Notes: generated by a model from the sequence alone, not told the origin. Counted from the stretch's first letter, positions 18,044-27,529 are shown. The stretch is 30,471 nt of DNA from Chlamydiales bacterium (GCA_047611865.1 JBLFWS010000023.1:1-30471); one strand, 5' to 3'. Numbers and translations are program-made.

Positions 18044-19132
18044 ATGAACCTTCCATTTCTCATGAACTCTTTACTCATAGCTACCTTCAAGGTATCTGCC
18101 AATAAGGGCATGCAGTTGAAGGCCTACAAAGGAGGTACGAACCCCGTACTTATCTTCATATTTATTGGTCTGTGCGTTCTTGGTGGGACAGCCTTTGTTT
18201 TATGGCTACTCTGGCAGATTTATAAAAAAATCAAATTTGCCAAGATTTGCTCAGAAGCAGAACTGTCCGGGGAAGAAACGGGTGTCATCAGAAGCTTTAT
18301 AAGAAGGTTCAAAACAAGTGAACCCCTATTGATCGTTATGAAAAGAAACTACCTGGATAACTTCTCCAATCAGGTATCCCACCACTACGGCAATAGAGAA
18401 ATCGCAGAAGACGATCTGGAATACGAAATCAAAATATTCGATAGTATCCGCGAAAAGTTCGGTTTCCAACATAGCTTTAAAAAGAAAAACATAAGCTCTT
18501 CCAGAGCCTTTCCAATTGGCATGGCCATTATAGTGAAATATCATGACAAGGCTACAAAGAACGACCTGGAATTCGCCTCTACAGTCGTTGCAAATAACGA
18601 CCTTTTTCTTGGGATTCAGCCTCCCAAAGATGAAGACTTAACTTGGCAACTCAGAGATACACGGAATCCTGTTCTCGACATTTCCTTTATACGACAACGT
18701 GACGCAGAGTACCACTTTGAAACCAGCATCCTCAAATTCATCAGAAGCCCACAAGACACTTTCTACCTACAGCACTCGCGTTCAATTATTCGCGGAATGA
18801 CCCACGCTCCTGTCAGTATTCCGGCTAGTATCATCTACCATACAGATGAAGGAGCAGATGAATACGAATGCACTATTGAGCTTCTGGATTGTAATTTTTG
18901 CTCCTTTATTCTTGAAGATCAGACTATCTGCTTTCATAAGTCCGATAGTGCTCTACTGAGCACCACAATAAAAGAGACCCCCCTTGCTTTACAGATCACT
19001 ATTATAAAGCTGACAAGAAGGGGAGAGACCCTGATACATAGAGCTGAGCTAAAGAATTTAAGCACAGACACAACAAAGTTGATTATGCAATTTGCATATG
19101 ACCACTCCTCCAAAAAGAAAAAGGCGGAATAA
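18044..19132 (+). CDS. Membrane-anchored protein with YcgR-N/PilZ-like architecture (degenerate)
   Basis: One N-terminal TM helix. The segment SSSRAFPIG...FASTVVAN...ISFIRQRDAEYHFETSIL...LQHS resembles, by eye, membrane-anchored PilZ proteins. The domain call is tentative. Confidence 0.6.
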   Translation: MNLPFLMNSLLIATFKVSANKGMQLKAYKGGTNPVLIFIFIGLCVLGGTAFVLWLLWQIYKKIKFAKICSEAELSGEETGVIRSFIRRFKTSEPLLIVMKRNYLDNFSNQVSHHYGNREIAEDDLEYEIKIFDSIREKFGFQHSFKKKNISSSRAFPIGMAIIVKYHDKATKNDLEFASTVVANNDLFLGIQPPKDEDLTWQLRDTRNPVLDISFIRQRDAEYHFETSILKFIRSPQDTFYLQHSRSIIRGMTHAPVSIPASIIYHTDEGADEYECTIELLDCNFCSFILEDQTICFHKSDSALLSTTIKETPLALQITIIKLTRRGETLIHRAELKNLSTDTTKLIMQFAYDHSSKKKKAE

Positions 19133-19145
19133 AGAGGAACTACCC

Positions 19146-19862
19146 ATGAATTTATTTCACAAAAAAAATGTACTTTCACTCCTTCTCTACTGCCTGGCCC
19201 TACTGTCTGTCAAACCCCTATATAGCCAGATGCCTGGTGATGACATATCTCTACAAGATACCGTCGGCCCTAAGCCCAAAATACTCGGTCTGAACCCCAG
19301 CACGACCCCTGAAGAGACAAAGGCCACCTTCGAAAATATGGGAATGGAGTTAATTGACTCTAAAACAATAAGTCCCTTTGTCAGGGCCTACAATTACACA
19401 GGAACACCAAACGCCCTATGGATAAAAGATGGGACAACAACAGCCTACTTCTTCCAGACGAGCCTTCTTCGCATTGATACCTACTTAAAACCTAGCTTTT
19501 CAAATTTCCTCCTCATCCGCGATCAACTTTTCGATTCCATGGGAGAACGCTTCAGCATGAAGCAATCCAAAGAATCCATTGATGAATTTCTCCAAGCACA
19601 CCTTGCACATCTGAAGCCTGGAGAATACGACGAGAGAACCGAGATGGAAATCTCTGCAGCACTCTTGCGAGGAAATACCTTTTATTACTACCGCCTGGGG
19701 GACGCTAAAGAAGATCTAACCGTCGTCTTGTCTTTTTCTACGGGTAAGAATAAAGAAGGTACTATTATCCCCCAGCTAATGTTACACTACAGTTTTTTGA
19801 AGCCACTTGAAGAACTACAAGCCTATCAAGAAGCCATCAAATCCAAAATACTTCCTGAATAA
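19146..19862 (+). CDS. Exported hypothetical protein
   Basis: ATG 19146 follows an AGAGGA RBS. Sec-type signal peptide MNLFHKKNVLSLLLYCLALLSVKPLYS-Q. Confidence 0.8.
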   Translation: MNLFHKKNVLSLLLYCLALLSVKPLYSQMPGDDISLQDTVGPKPKILGLNPSTTPEETKATFENMGMELIDSKTISPFVRAYNYTGTPNALWIKDGTTTAYFFQTSLLRIDTYLKPSFSNFLLIRDQLFDSMGERFSMKQSKESIDEFLQAHLAHLKPGEYDERTEMEISAALLRGNTFYYYRLGDAKEDLTVVLSFSTGKNKEGTIIPQLMLHYSFLKPLEELQAYQEAIKSKILPE

Positions 19863-19873
19863 AGAGTATTTAT

Positions 19874-21631
19874 ATGCTGACATTTAGACAAAAAATACTG
19901 ATTGCTAATCTCTTCGTTTTCCTATCCTTCCTAGCACTCATGTATCCTATTGCCAGCAAGTCGGTCAAAGCCATTATCTTTAAATCCCTAGAAGAAAGAG
20001 CCACTGAGTTACTCGATAAAATTATCGAAGCTGAAAGCGCCCAGGATATGATCAACCGCCTGAAGCTAGAGGAATCACAGCTCTTTTTCAGAGTAAGTAT
20101 CCTCAATGATAAAGGCGGAATTCTATACGATACTCATACTAAGAAACTACTGGGTTCCTCATTTAAACGGGGCTATATCCACAAACACCCTGAAGTCGAG
20201 CATGCTTTAAAGCTCGGCTCAGGCTATGCAGAGGGTTACTCCAGTATCCAAAAGCAGGATATGACCTACTACGCCAAAAGATTCATCTCACACGATGACA
20301 CATATGTCATCCGTACAGCCTTTCCCTACAAACACGTAACTGCAATGACTGACTACGTGGTTTACAGTTTCTCCATCCTCGGTATTGCGATATTACTCCT
20401 CTATAGTGTCATGACATGGTTTATCCTCCAGCATTTCACTGATCCCATCGAACAAATTATTCTAGCTATTAAGCCCTATCAAGAAGGTGAGCAAGACCAC
20501 ATCCCGGAAATTCACCTTAGCGCCGCTTCAGCTACGGACGAATTCTATTCTCTCGCTCACACTCTAAACTCTCTCTCAGAACGTGTCCAAAATCAAATCA
20601 CGACTTTGACTCAGGAGCGAAATGAAAAAGAAGCCGTTCTGGAATCCCTCAGTGATGGAGTAATAGCCGTTGATGAAACCATGAAGATCACCTTTATCAA
20701 TGATATGGCTCTCAAGATGCTAAAGTTCAAAAAAGAAGAGCTGCTAGGGCAAAACTTTGAGACCATTGGCAACCCCGAGTTCCAAGAACTCCTCATCTGC
20801 ACTCAAGAGGAACAGCAAATTTGTAAAATTTCTGCAACGCTGGGGGAAAGGCCAAAAACTTTTCTCTTTGTGGTGGCATCCCCTCAAGGGGAAGAAAAAG
20901 GAGCCATCCTGGTATTGCAAGACAAATCCAGTCACTTTCGCATGCTTGAAATGCGCAAGGACTTCATCTCCAATGCTTCTCACGAGTTAAAGACCCCTAT
21001 TACCATCATTCAGGGCTTTGCAGAAACCCTCCATGACAATCCCGGGCTCCCAAAAGAAACAGCCTCAGAGATCACGCAAAAAATCGTATACAACTGCATG
21101 CGTATGACCAATATTGTAAAAAACCTCTTGATTTTGGCAGACATCGAGAATCTCCCTCGCTCCAGAATTCAAACACTTGACCTTAGTGATCTAGTAGAAA
21201 ATACCTACCACGGCCTTTTGTCTGTCTATCCAGATGCCGTTATGGATGTCCACAAGGAAAGTGAAGACGTCACCTTTGCTGTAGACCCTGACCTCATGGA
21301 AGTCGCCATACGTAATCTCTTCGACAATGCCGCAAAATATTCCACAGGAGCAGCTCAGATATCTGTCTATCTAAAGAAAACCAAGAAACACTTTACCATT
21401 AAAATATCTGACAAGGGGATAGGTATTCCTGAACAAGAACTCGACCGTGTCTTCAATCGTTTTTATACGGTCAGTAAAACCAATCCTTCCAAGCTCAAAA
21501 GCTCAGGTCTTGGCTTATCTATCGTGGAAACCATCATTGCAAAACATTACGGAAAGATCTCAGCCACATCCTCTTTCGGTGAAGGGACAACCTTTACGAT
21601 CCAACTCCCCCTGGAACAGCCAAGGCGTTAG
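19874..21631 (+). CDS. Two-component sensor histidine kinase, PhoR-like (2 TM, HAMP, PAS, HisKA, HATPase)
   Basis: H box NASHELKTP, N box NLFDNAAKY, G1 DKGIGIP, F box FNRFY, G2 SGLGL. PAS start LESLSDGVIAVD. Confidence 0.95.
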   Translation: MLTFRQKILIANLFVFLSFLALMYPIASKSVKAIIFKSLEERATELLDKIIEAESAQDMINRLKLEESQLFFRVSILNDKGGILYDTHTKKLLGSSFKRGYIHKHPEVEHALKLGSGYAEGYSSIQKQDMTYYAKRFISHDDTYVIRTAFPYKHVTAMTDYVVYSFSILGIAILLLYSVMTWFILQHFTDPIEQIILAIKPYQEGEQDHIPEIHLSAASATDEFYSLAHTLNSLSERVQNQITTLTQERNEKEAVLESLSDGVIAVDETMKITFINDMALKMLKFKKEELLGQNFETIGNPEFQELLICTQEEQQICKISATLGERPKTFLFVVASPQGEEKGAILVLQDKSSHFRMLEMRKDFISNASHELKTPITIIQGFAETLHDNPGLPKETASEITQKIVYNCMRMTNIVKNLLILADIENLPRSRIQTLDLSDLVENTYHGLLSVYPDAVMDVHKESEDVTFAVDPDLMEVAIRNLFDNAAKYSTGAAQISVYLKKTKKHFTIKISDKGIGIPEQELDRVFNRFYTVSKTNPSKLKSSGLGLSIVETIIAKHYGKISATSSFGEGTTFTIQLPLEQPRR

Positions 21632-21657
21632 GAGTTAAGTAAAAATAACATGGCTCC

Positions 21658-22659
21658 TTAAGCTTTTCCATTCTCCGGATCTGCAAGCTTTTTCACAATA
21701 TCCACCCATTGCGTAAGAGTATCAAGGATGTCCACAAAAACGCTGATTTCGCCCTGCTTCTCCCTTTCCAGGTAGGCAATGAGCTCTTTTACATCTTCTT
21801 TCTGTGCTGGAGGTAGACAAAATAGCAACTTATCGAAGAACTCTGAAGGAAGAACATGAAATAAAAAAGACATATCTTTTCTAGGAGTTAAACCCGCCAA
21901 TTTCACCCACATCGTTTGTGTAAATCGCCCAAGAATTTCAAGGAGACCATACTTTTCAGGTAGACTCTTGCAATATTCACCTAGATGAACTCTGAGCTTC
22001 TCTTGATATTCTTCCAGATACAGCTTTAGATCCGTGCTAACCCCATCCGACTCAGATAAAAACTTGGCGGCAGCAACAGAATATTTAGCATAGATCGTAT
22101 TTGACTCGTAGTCAGACCACTCTTTGGACTCATCTTGAAGATCCACTGCCACCTCTTCAGCTAGATGACGACTTATAGCTCCAAGCAATATTTCCGCGTC
22201 TTCTGCTGACAAGTCCCGAAAAAGTAAGGGTAATTCATTCGGAGCTATTCTCCTATTTACCGCCTCCATAAATTTCCGGCGCAGCACTTCGGATTCTTCA
22301 ACAATTACTGCCAAGGGAAATACAATGAAACCTACCCTTTGTGCTAATTTTGTGTAATCAGGTTGAGGCTTATCTATTGCACTGTGTGATGGTCGGAGAA
22401 AAGTTTGTTGAGGACTACCCCCACGACGTCGCACCAACCCTTCTTTTATCACGACATCTCGAATATTCTTTCTGGTCACTTTTGTATTAGACTGTGGATT
22501 AGCTTTGCTTAAGGCCTGTCGCCCCCGCCGCAAGATCATAAGAACCTTTGCCTTATCATCTTCACTCAAGAACCCAAAGTCCGGCCACCTCTTTTCTTCT
22601 AAGAGAATCTGTGCCGCAAACTCGTACAAGTCATCTTCACTAAATCGCTTCACAGACAT
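21658..22659 (-). CDS. Hypothetical protein with two FliG C-terminal-like helical repeats
   Basis: GGGAGG RBS upstream of a 333-aa ORF. Residues ~111-203 and ~238-328 align by eye to the FliG C-domain pattern. The CDS is solid, but the domain call is tentative. Confidence 0.6.
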   Translation of the reverse strand: MSVKRFSEDDLYEFAAQILLEEKRWPDFGFLSEDDKAKVLMILRRGRQALSKANPQSNTKVTRKNIRDVVIKEGLVRRRGGSPQQTFLRPSHSAIDKPQPDYTKLAQRVGFIVFPLAVIVEESEVLRRKFMEAVNRRIAPNELPLLFRDLSAEDAEILLGAISRHLAEEVAVDLQDESKEWSDYESNTIYAKYSVAAAKFLSESDGVSTDLKLYLEEYQEKLRVHLGEYCKSLPEKYGLLEILGRFTQTMWVKLAGLTPRKDMSFLFHVLPSEFFDKLLFCLPPAQKEDVKELIAYLEREKQGEISVFVDILDTLTQWVDIVKKLADPENGKA

Positions 22660-22759
22660 CGAATCCCCCCTCCCTTATATCAAAAAAATTATACTAGACT
22701 ATGAAGAACAATTCATCAAGGCTACCTTTAAAACAGGGTGCAACTTTGTATAGCTTAAA

Positions 22760-22827
22760 CCTACATAAACGCCAGAGGCGTGGCATTATGTAGGCCGGGT
22801 CGTAGCGAGCTTGCGAGCAAGGCCCGG
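22760..22827. repeat. GC-rich tandem hairpins, REP-like (GTAG type) or terminator
   Basis: CCTACATAA/TTATGTAGG stem enclosing ACGCC/GGCGT, directly followed by a CCGGGTC/GGCCCGG stem. GTAG precedes the second hairpin. Confidence 0.5.
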
Positions 22828-22918
22828 TATAGCAGTAAATTAAAAAATAGAGCTGCGGCAGCTGCGTCACTAACAGAGACACTGTTAGATTTGGGATATA
22901 CTTAAAAATAATTCTCTT

Positions 22919-25900
22919 TTACCGGGGCATCGTTCCATACTCTTCTTGAAAACTTTCCCCAAGGGTAAGAATAAGACTTTTGTAGGTATCGCTATAGGTC
23001 GTGTGATCCACCAAAGGCCACCCGTCATACCAATTACCTAACCAGATGACGTTAGTCTCCATTGGGCACATACATCCCTGTAAGACCCCAAAAGGATCCG
23101 CTTGCAGATAGCCTGAAATATCCACCATAGGGACACCATCACGAACGCTAACATAGTTCGTGGTCTTTGCAAAATAGCCATCACGAATGAGTTCTGGTGA
23201 AGCCATGGTTCTAACTTCAATCATAGCCAGCTCTTTCTTGTTCATAAAGTCCCTGGCACAACTCGTGATCATTCCTCCGCAACTATGAGCATAATGCAGG
23301 ATTTTCCCTCCTCCATCAGTTCCGCCCATCTCCCCGATCATCTCTTTCCACATATTCACAAGCTCGAAAGTAGAACGAGGTTTCATCTCCACTTTCATCA
23401 AAGTCGCATTCAAAATATCCGTCAATAAGCCCAACGTGGGATTAGCAACATAATGAACGTTGACATTTCCGTGACTTGAAGAAACAAAACTCGCCGCTGT
23501 AAGCACATCATCATGACCGCTGTTAATACCATTAATATAGGTCACTCTGAGGAGAGAGTTGATTTCTCCCTTCCCAATAACTCCTGTAGGAATCTCAATA
23601 TCATTGTGGAGTAGCTCGTAGAAATATCCCTGACCGTTAAGATCAAGACGTACCTGTTCTAAAATAGCTCCAAAACCCGTAGCAGCATTCTTTGCAGTCG
23701 TTGCAGAAAATTCCAGAAAGCTCACTACATAGCTAAACCCAATATCCGCAGCATTTTTCAGCATTTGACTCATGGCAAAATGGCCGTATAAATCAATGGC
23801 TGTTAAAGGCTTGTTATGAACATACGCGTAAAGATTCGGACCATCTCCAAATCCCATGGGGTCAGGAGTCATCCACCGGGATAATGAGGGATCATAGTAG
23901 CGTCCACCAAAATAGAGCAGGCCGGTTTCTTCATCATATCGCTTGCTGGAAAATCTCCATGAGTTCCCCAGCTGAGAAGAAGCCACTCGCTCTCCATTGG
24001 AGTCAAAAATTTGCTCCTCACCAAAAGCACTGTAGCGATAAGTCTCCACCGTCTGACCCTGTACAGGATCTACAAGACTTGTGATATCTCCACGATGATC
24101 ATGAGTAGGTATATAAGTCTTGCCATCAAGCTCAAAAGCAACAGCTGCGCCCACTTCTGCTCCATGACCTTTACCCAATATCCGCAACTCGACAATTTCC
24201 CCTGAAGAATCTACAGCTCCGATTTCCTTTTTACCGTCATAGAGAAAGCGCAATTCGCTCAAAAGCTTCCAGGTAGAGGACTTCTCATCCCACTGCTGTA
24301 GTTTTTTCCCCATACGACGGTTGAAAACATCATAGATATAATTAACCTTCAAGTTTTCATCTTCGCGAACCTCTGTCAACCTGCCGAGAGCATCGTAGCC
24401 ATAATTTACACAGTTATCGTCAATCGTCCTCTTTACAAGGTTTCCATTGATATCATACTGGTATGTGAAGTTCCCGTCGTATTCCAGTTGATTGAGTTCA
24501 TTAATCGAGTATTTCTGGCCATCCTTTTGAATACAGTTTTGTAAATTGTCATAAGCATAGCTATGACTCTCCAAACCCTCTTCGCTAGCCACCCGGTACT
24601 GCTTGTCATAGGAAAATCGAAAGTTAAGCTCCCCTATGGAATCCCTAATCTTTAGAGCAAGTAGATTTCCGACAGCATCATAGCTACCTTTTGGCAGGTC
24701 TGCCGACCAAAAAGGAGAATGAATGCCTGTTAAACGCCCAAGAGCATCCCTTTCATACGTGGCAGTACTTTCCCCATCGATTAAACGCTCTTTCAAAACT
24801 CTTCCTGAAAGGTCGTAATCTTCATAAGAGTGTACATATTCCGTCTTACCGGAAGAAGAAAGCCTTGTAATGCTCTTCATGTCCACAGCATTATATGCAT
24901 ACTCTACAGAGGAACCATCATGAAGAGTAAGGCGGCTGCGCCTTCCGAGAGCGTCGTGGTCATTAAGGATCGTGAGGCCATTAGCTAATTTCTCAGAAAC
25001 CATACGACCGAATTCGTCGTAGCTTCTTCGGGATATAAGTTGATTTGCATGATCCAACACAGCAAGCACCCGGTGATTACTGTCATATTGGTATTCATAA
25101 TGGAAAGAATTATCACTCGCACGGTACTGAGATACACGTCCTACGCTATCATAGTCATAGCACAACTGAACCCCATCGGGCTTAACTCTTGCAAGCTGCT
25201 CTCCATTGTTTCCGTAGACATAGGAGTACTGCTTCTGCAGAGGAGTCCCCTCAGCTTCAACGAGTCTCTCTAAACGGTTACAAGGGCCATAGTCTCGAAC
25301 GACTGTTACCCTCTTAATTACTTTACTATTCTGGATATCAACAATCGTTTCTCTGGCTTTGTTTCCAGCTGCGTCGTAACGGATTTCCTTCTGCAGTAAA
25401 ACTTTCCCAAAAGGGTCTTTCCTTACAATGAGCTCTTCTCTGTTCATGGCATCCATCGTGCTCACAGTCATAAAGCCTAAGGGGTCCGTCACCTTGCGCT
25501 GAAGAACTCTCTGCCCCCTGTCATTCCGAAATGTATCATCATAAACAGTAACAGTCACATTACCCAAGGCATCAGTAGCCTTAGAAGGCTCACCACGGAA
25601 GTTATACGTGGTTTCCATCCTCTCAGGTGTCTTGCCATCATGCGTGTACGTGGACAGTGAAGAACGGTTCCCATCAGCATCGTAGGAGTAGCTGACCTTT
25701 CTTAAGACCCCACCCACACCATCTTCCGTTCTTTGCTCAATGATTTTCCCGAGGTAGTCGTATTCCATAATGGATACTTTCGCATCGGTGATATCATCAC
25801 CAAACCACTCTCTCTTGCTTTGAAGCTGACCTAGAGGGTTATATTCAAATGCTACATGCTTACAGCCATCTTCAGTAATCTCGGTAATAGACAACTGTCT

Positions 25901-27529
25901 GCCCGCACCATCGTGATAATACAGAGTTGTGTGTCCAGAAGCATCCGTTGAAGAGGTCAAGTGATAGGCATTATATGTTCCAGACGTTTCACCCAGGAGA
26001 TGGCCATCTCCCGTATAAGTTTCAGCTTTAATGGCTCGTGCTAAAACATCGTAGGTATAACAGGTATACGATCCATTTTTTCCAATAGCCTTGGCAAGTG
26101 TTCCATCTGGGTGGTATTCGTATTTCTCTACACTACCATCGGGATGGCTAATCTCTGTTTCCTCACCCTGAATGTTGTATTGGCGGCGAGTAACGAATCC
26201 TTTTGCATCAATTTCTTCTACTACATTGCCACTGATATCGTAGACTTTTTCACTCGTTGGGTGAATAAGGCGGCTATTCTCATCTAAGACAGAAGGGTAA
26301 ATTGCTTTGATCTCTCTTCCAAATCCATCCAGCTCGTAGGACGTCACATTTCCTGTTCCATCCGTTTCAGCAATTTTACGCCCATTCTCATCATAGGTAA
26401 CACTGCTGCTATAGCTCTCACCCTTCCAGGTCTTCTTTTCTCTACGGATCAGCTGGTCCTGGTCGTTATACACAAACTCCGTCCAGGAATCCGTGCGACC
26501 TGCCTGCTCATAAACTTTACGTCCGCGGTCATCGTACTTAAAAGTGCTTACATCTCCCATAGGGCCAATGCTTCGGCTGGGCTTTCCAAGCTCATCATAT
26601 TCAAAAGAGCTGGAATATCTTTCGTTCCCAAGAGAATCGTAGACAGCCTGCTTCTGAAGAAGCCCTTTGTCAGAATACGTATTCCGAACCGTACGCATGG
26701 GAACTTCTCGCCTGGAAACTAAATCAAAGTACGTCTCTTCTACACGCTCTACTCCATTCCCTTCGGATAGCACCCTTACGAATCGGCGCTCTGTAATCCC
26801 ATAAAGATCGTCAGCTGTTGAACGTAATCCGTCGTCCTGAATAATCTCTGTGACTTTGCCTTTCTCATCATACTCATAAAAATAGCGAATGAGAGTCTTG
26901 TCTCTATCACAAATGAACTTCTGAGAGATCAGGTCAGTTTCTGGCTTATAGGAATAAAGGGTCACCTTCCCGTTACCTTCTTCCTCACGAATCACCCTAC
27001 CTTCATCAGAATAGCTGAAAGATTTAGAGTAAGTTTCACAGCCCTTACAATTGGGAAGACCATTATGCCCCAGTGTCAAGAAAACTTGATTTCTGCCGGT
27101 AAGGTCTCCAAAAACCTTTTCTTCTGTCAGCTGCCCCTTATGGTCATAGCTCAACTTCTGAAAAGCCTTTATCTTACCCGTAGAATCTTGGACCCACTGG
27201 CCAACGAGATTTTTCCCTTCCCATTGGAATCTTTCAAGCTTATAAAATGAGAAGCGGCCGCTTCCATCAGAGAGGAAATACTCAATTCCTACGACGTTGC
27301 CGTCTTCGGAATAGCGCAATATGGACTTTCCATAGTCTTTTTCGATCTCTACTTCTTTTCCTGCAGAAGCATAGTTTGCCTCGGGAGCGCTCGGAGTAGA
27401 CCTAAGTAGTTTAGTAGAGGGTTTCTTAGTCCAATCCTGAGTATCAAGGATATCAATAGAATCGGTGGCGGATAAGCCAGTAGCTAATATAAGAACCGAA
27501 AAAATAATAGAGCTGTAATATTTAAGCAT
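22919..27529 (-). CDS. Rhs/YD-repeat protein with N-terminal signal peptide and alpha/beta-hydrolase-like C-terminal domain
   Basis: Signal peptide MLKYYSSIIFSVLILATGLSA. YD repeats. Core YFGGRYYDPSLSRWMTPDPMGFGDGPNLYAYVHNKPLTAIDLYGH. The tail carries YING and AHSCGG motifs. Confidence 0.93.
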   Translation of the reverse strand: MLKYYSSIIFSVLILATGLSATDSIDILDTQDWTKKPSTKLLRSTPSAPEANYASAGKEVEIEKDYGKSILRYSEDGNVVGIEYFLSDGSGRFSFYKLERFQWEGKNLVGQWVQDSTGKIKAFQKLSYDHKGQLTEEKVFGDLTGRNQVFLTLGHNGLPNCKGCETYSKSFSYSDEGRVIREEEGNGKVTLYSYKPETDLISQKFICDRDKTLIRYFYEYDEKGKVTEIIQDDGLRSTADDLYGITERRFVRVLSEGNGVERVEETYFDLVSRREVPMRTVRNTYSDKGLLQKQAVYDSLGNERYSSSFEYDELGKPSRSIGPMGDVSTFKYDDRGRKVYEQAGRTDSWTEFVYNDQDQLIRREKKTWKGESYSSSVTYDENGRKIAETDGTGNVTSYELDGFGREIKAIYPSVLDENSRLIHPTSEKVYDISGNVVEEIDAKGFVTRRQYNIQGEETEISHPDGSVEKYEYHPDGTLAKAIGKNGSYTCYTYDVLARAIKAETYTGDGHLLGETSGTYNAYHLTSSTDASGHTTLYYHDGAGRQLSITEITEDGCKHVAFEYNPLGQLQSKREWFGDDITDAKVSIMEYDYLGKIIEQRTEDGVGGVLRKVSYSYDADGNRSSLSTYTHDGKTPERMETTYNFRGEPSKATDALGNVTVTVYDDTFRNDRGQRVLQRKVTDPLGFMTVSTMDAMNREELIVRKDPFGKVLLQKEIRYDAAGNKARETIVDIQNSKVIKRVTVVRDYGPCNRLERLVEAEGTPLQKQYSYVYGNNGEQLARVKPDGVQLCYDYDSVGRVSQYRASDNSFHYEYQYDSNHRVLAVLDHANQLISRRSYDEFGRMVSEKLANGLTILNDHDALGRRSRLTLHDGSSVEYAYNAVDMKSITRLSSSGKTEYVHSYEDYDLSGRVLKERLIDGESTATYERDALGRLTGIHSPFWSADLPKGSYDAVGNLLALKIRDSIGELNFRFSYDKQYRVASEEGLESHSYAYDNLQNCIQKDGQKYSINELNQLEYDGNFTYQYDINGNLVKRTIDDNCVNYGYDALGRLTEVREDENLKVNYIYDVFNRRMGKKLQQWDEKSSTWKLLSELRFLYDGKKEIGAVDSSGEIVELRILGKGHGAEVGAAVAFELDGKTYIPTHDHRGDITSLVDPVQGQTVETYRYSAFGEEQIFDSNGERVASSQLGNSWRFSSKRYDEETGLLYFGGRYYDPSLSRWMTPDPMGFGDGPNLYAYVHNKPLTAIDLYGHFAMSQMLKNAADIGFSYVVSFLEFSATTAKNAATGFGAILEQVRLDLNGQGYFYELLHNDIEIPTGVIGKGEINSLLRVTYINGINSGHDDVLTAASFVSSSHGNVNVHYVANPTLGLLTDILNATLMKVEMKPRSTFELVNMWKEMIGEMGGTDGGGKILHYAHSCGGMITSCARDFMNKKELAMIEVRTMASPELIRDGYFAKTTNYVSVRDGVPMVDISGYLQADPFGVLQGCMCPMETNVIWLGNWYDGWPLVDHTTYSDTYKSLILTLGESFQEEYGTMPR

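Noticed and set aside
22505..22882. Short ORFs (82 aa plus strand, 62 aa minus strand) as the missing immunity gene of the second Rhs
   Set aside because: They overlap the neighbouring gene or the hairpins and lack an RBS or export signal.
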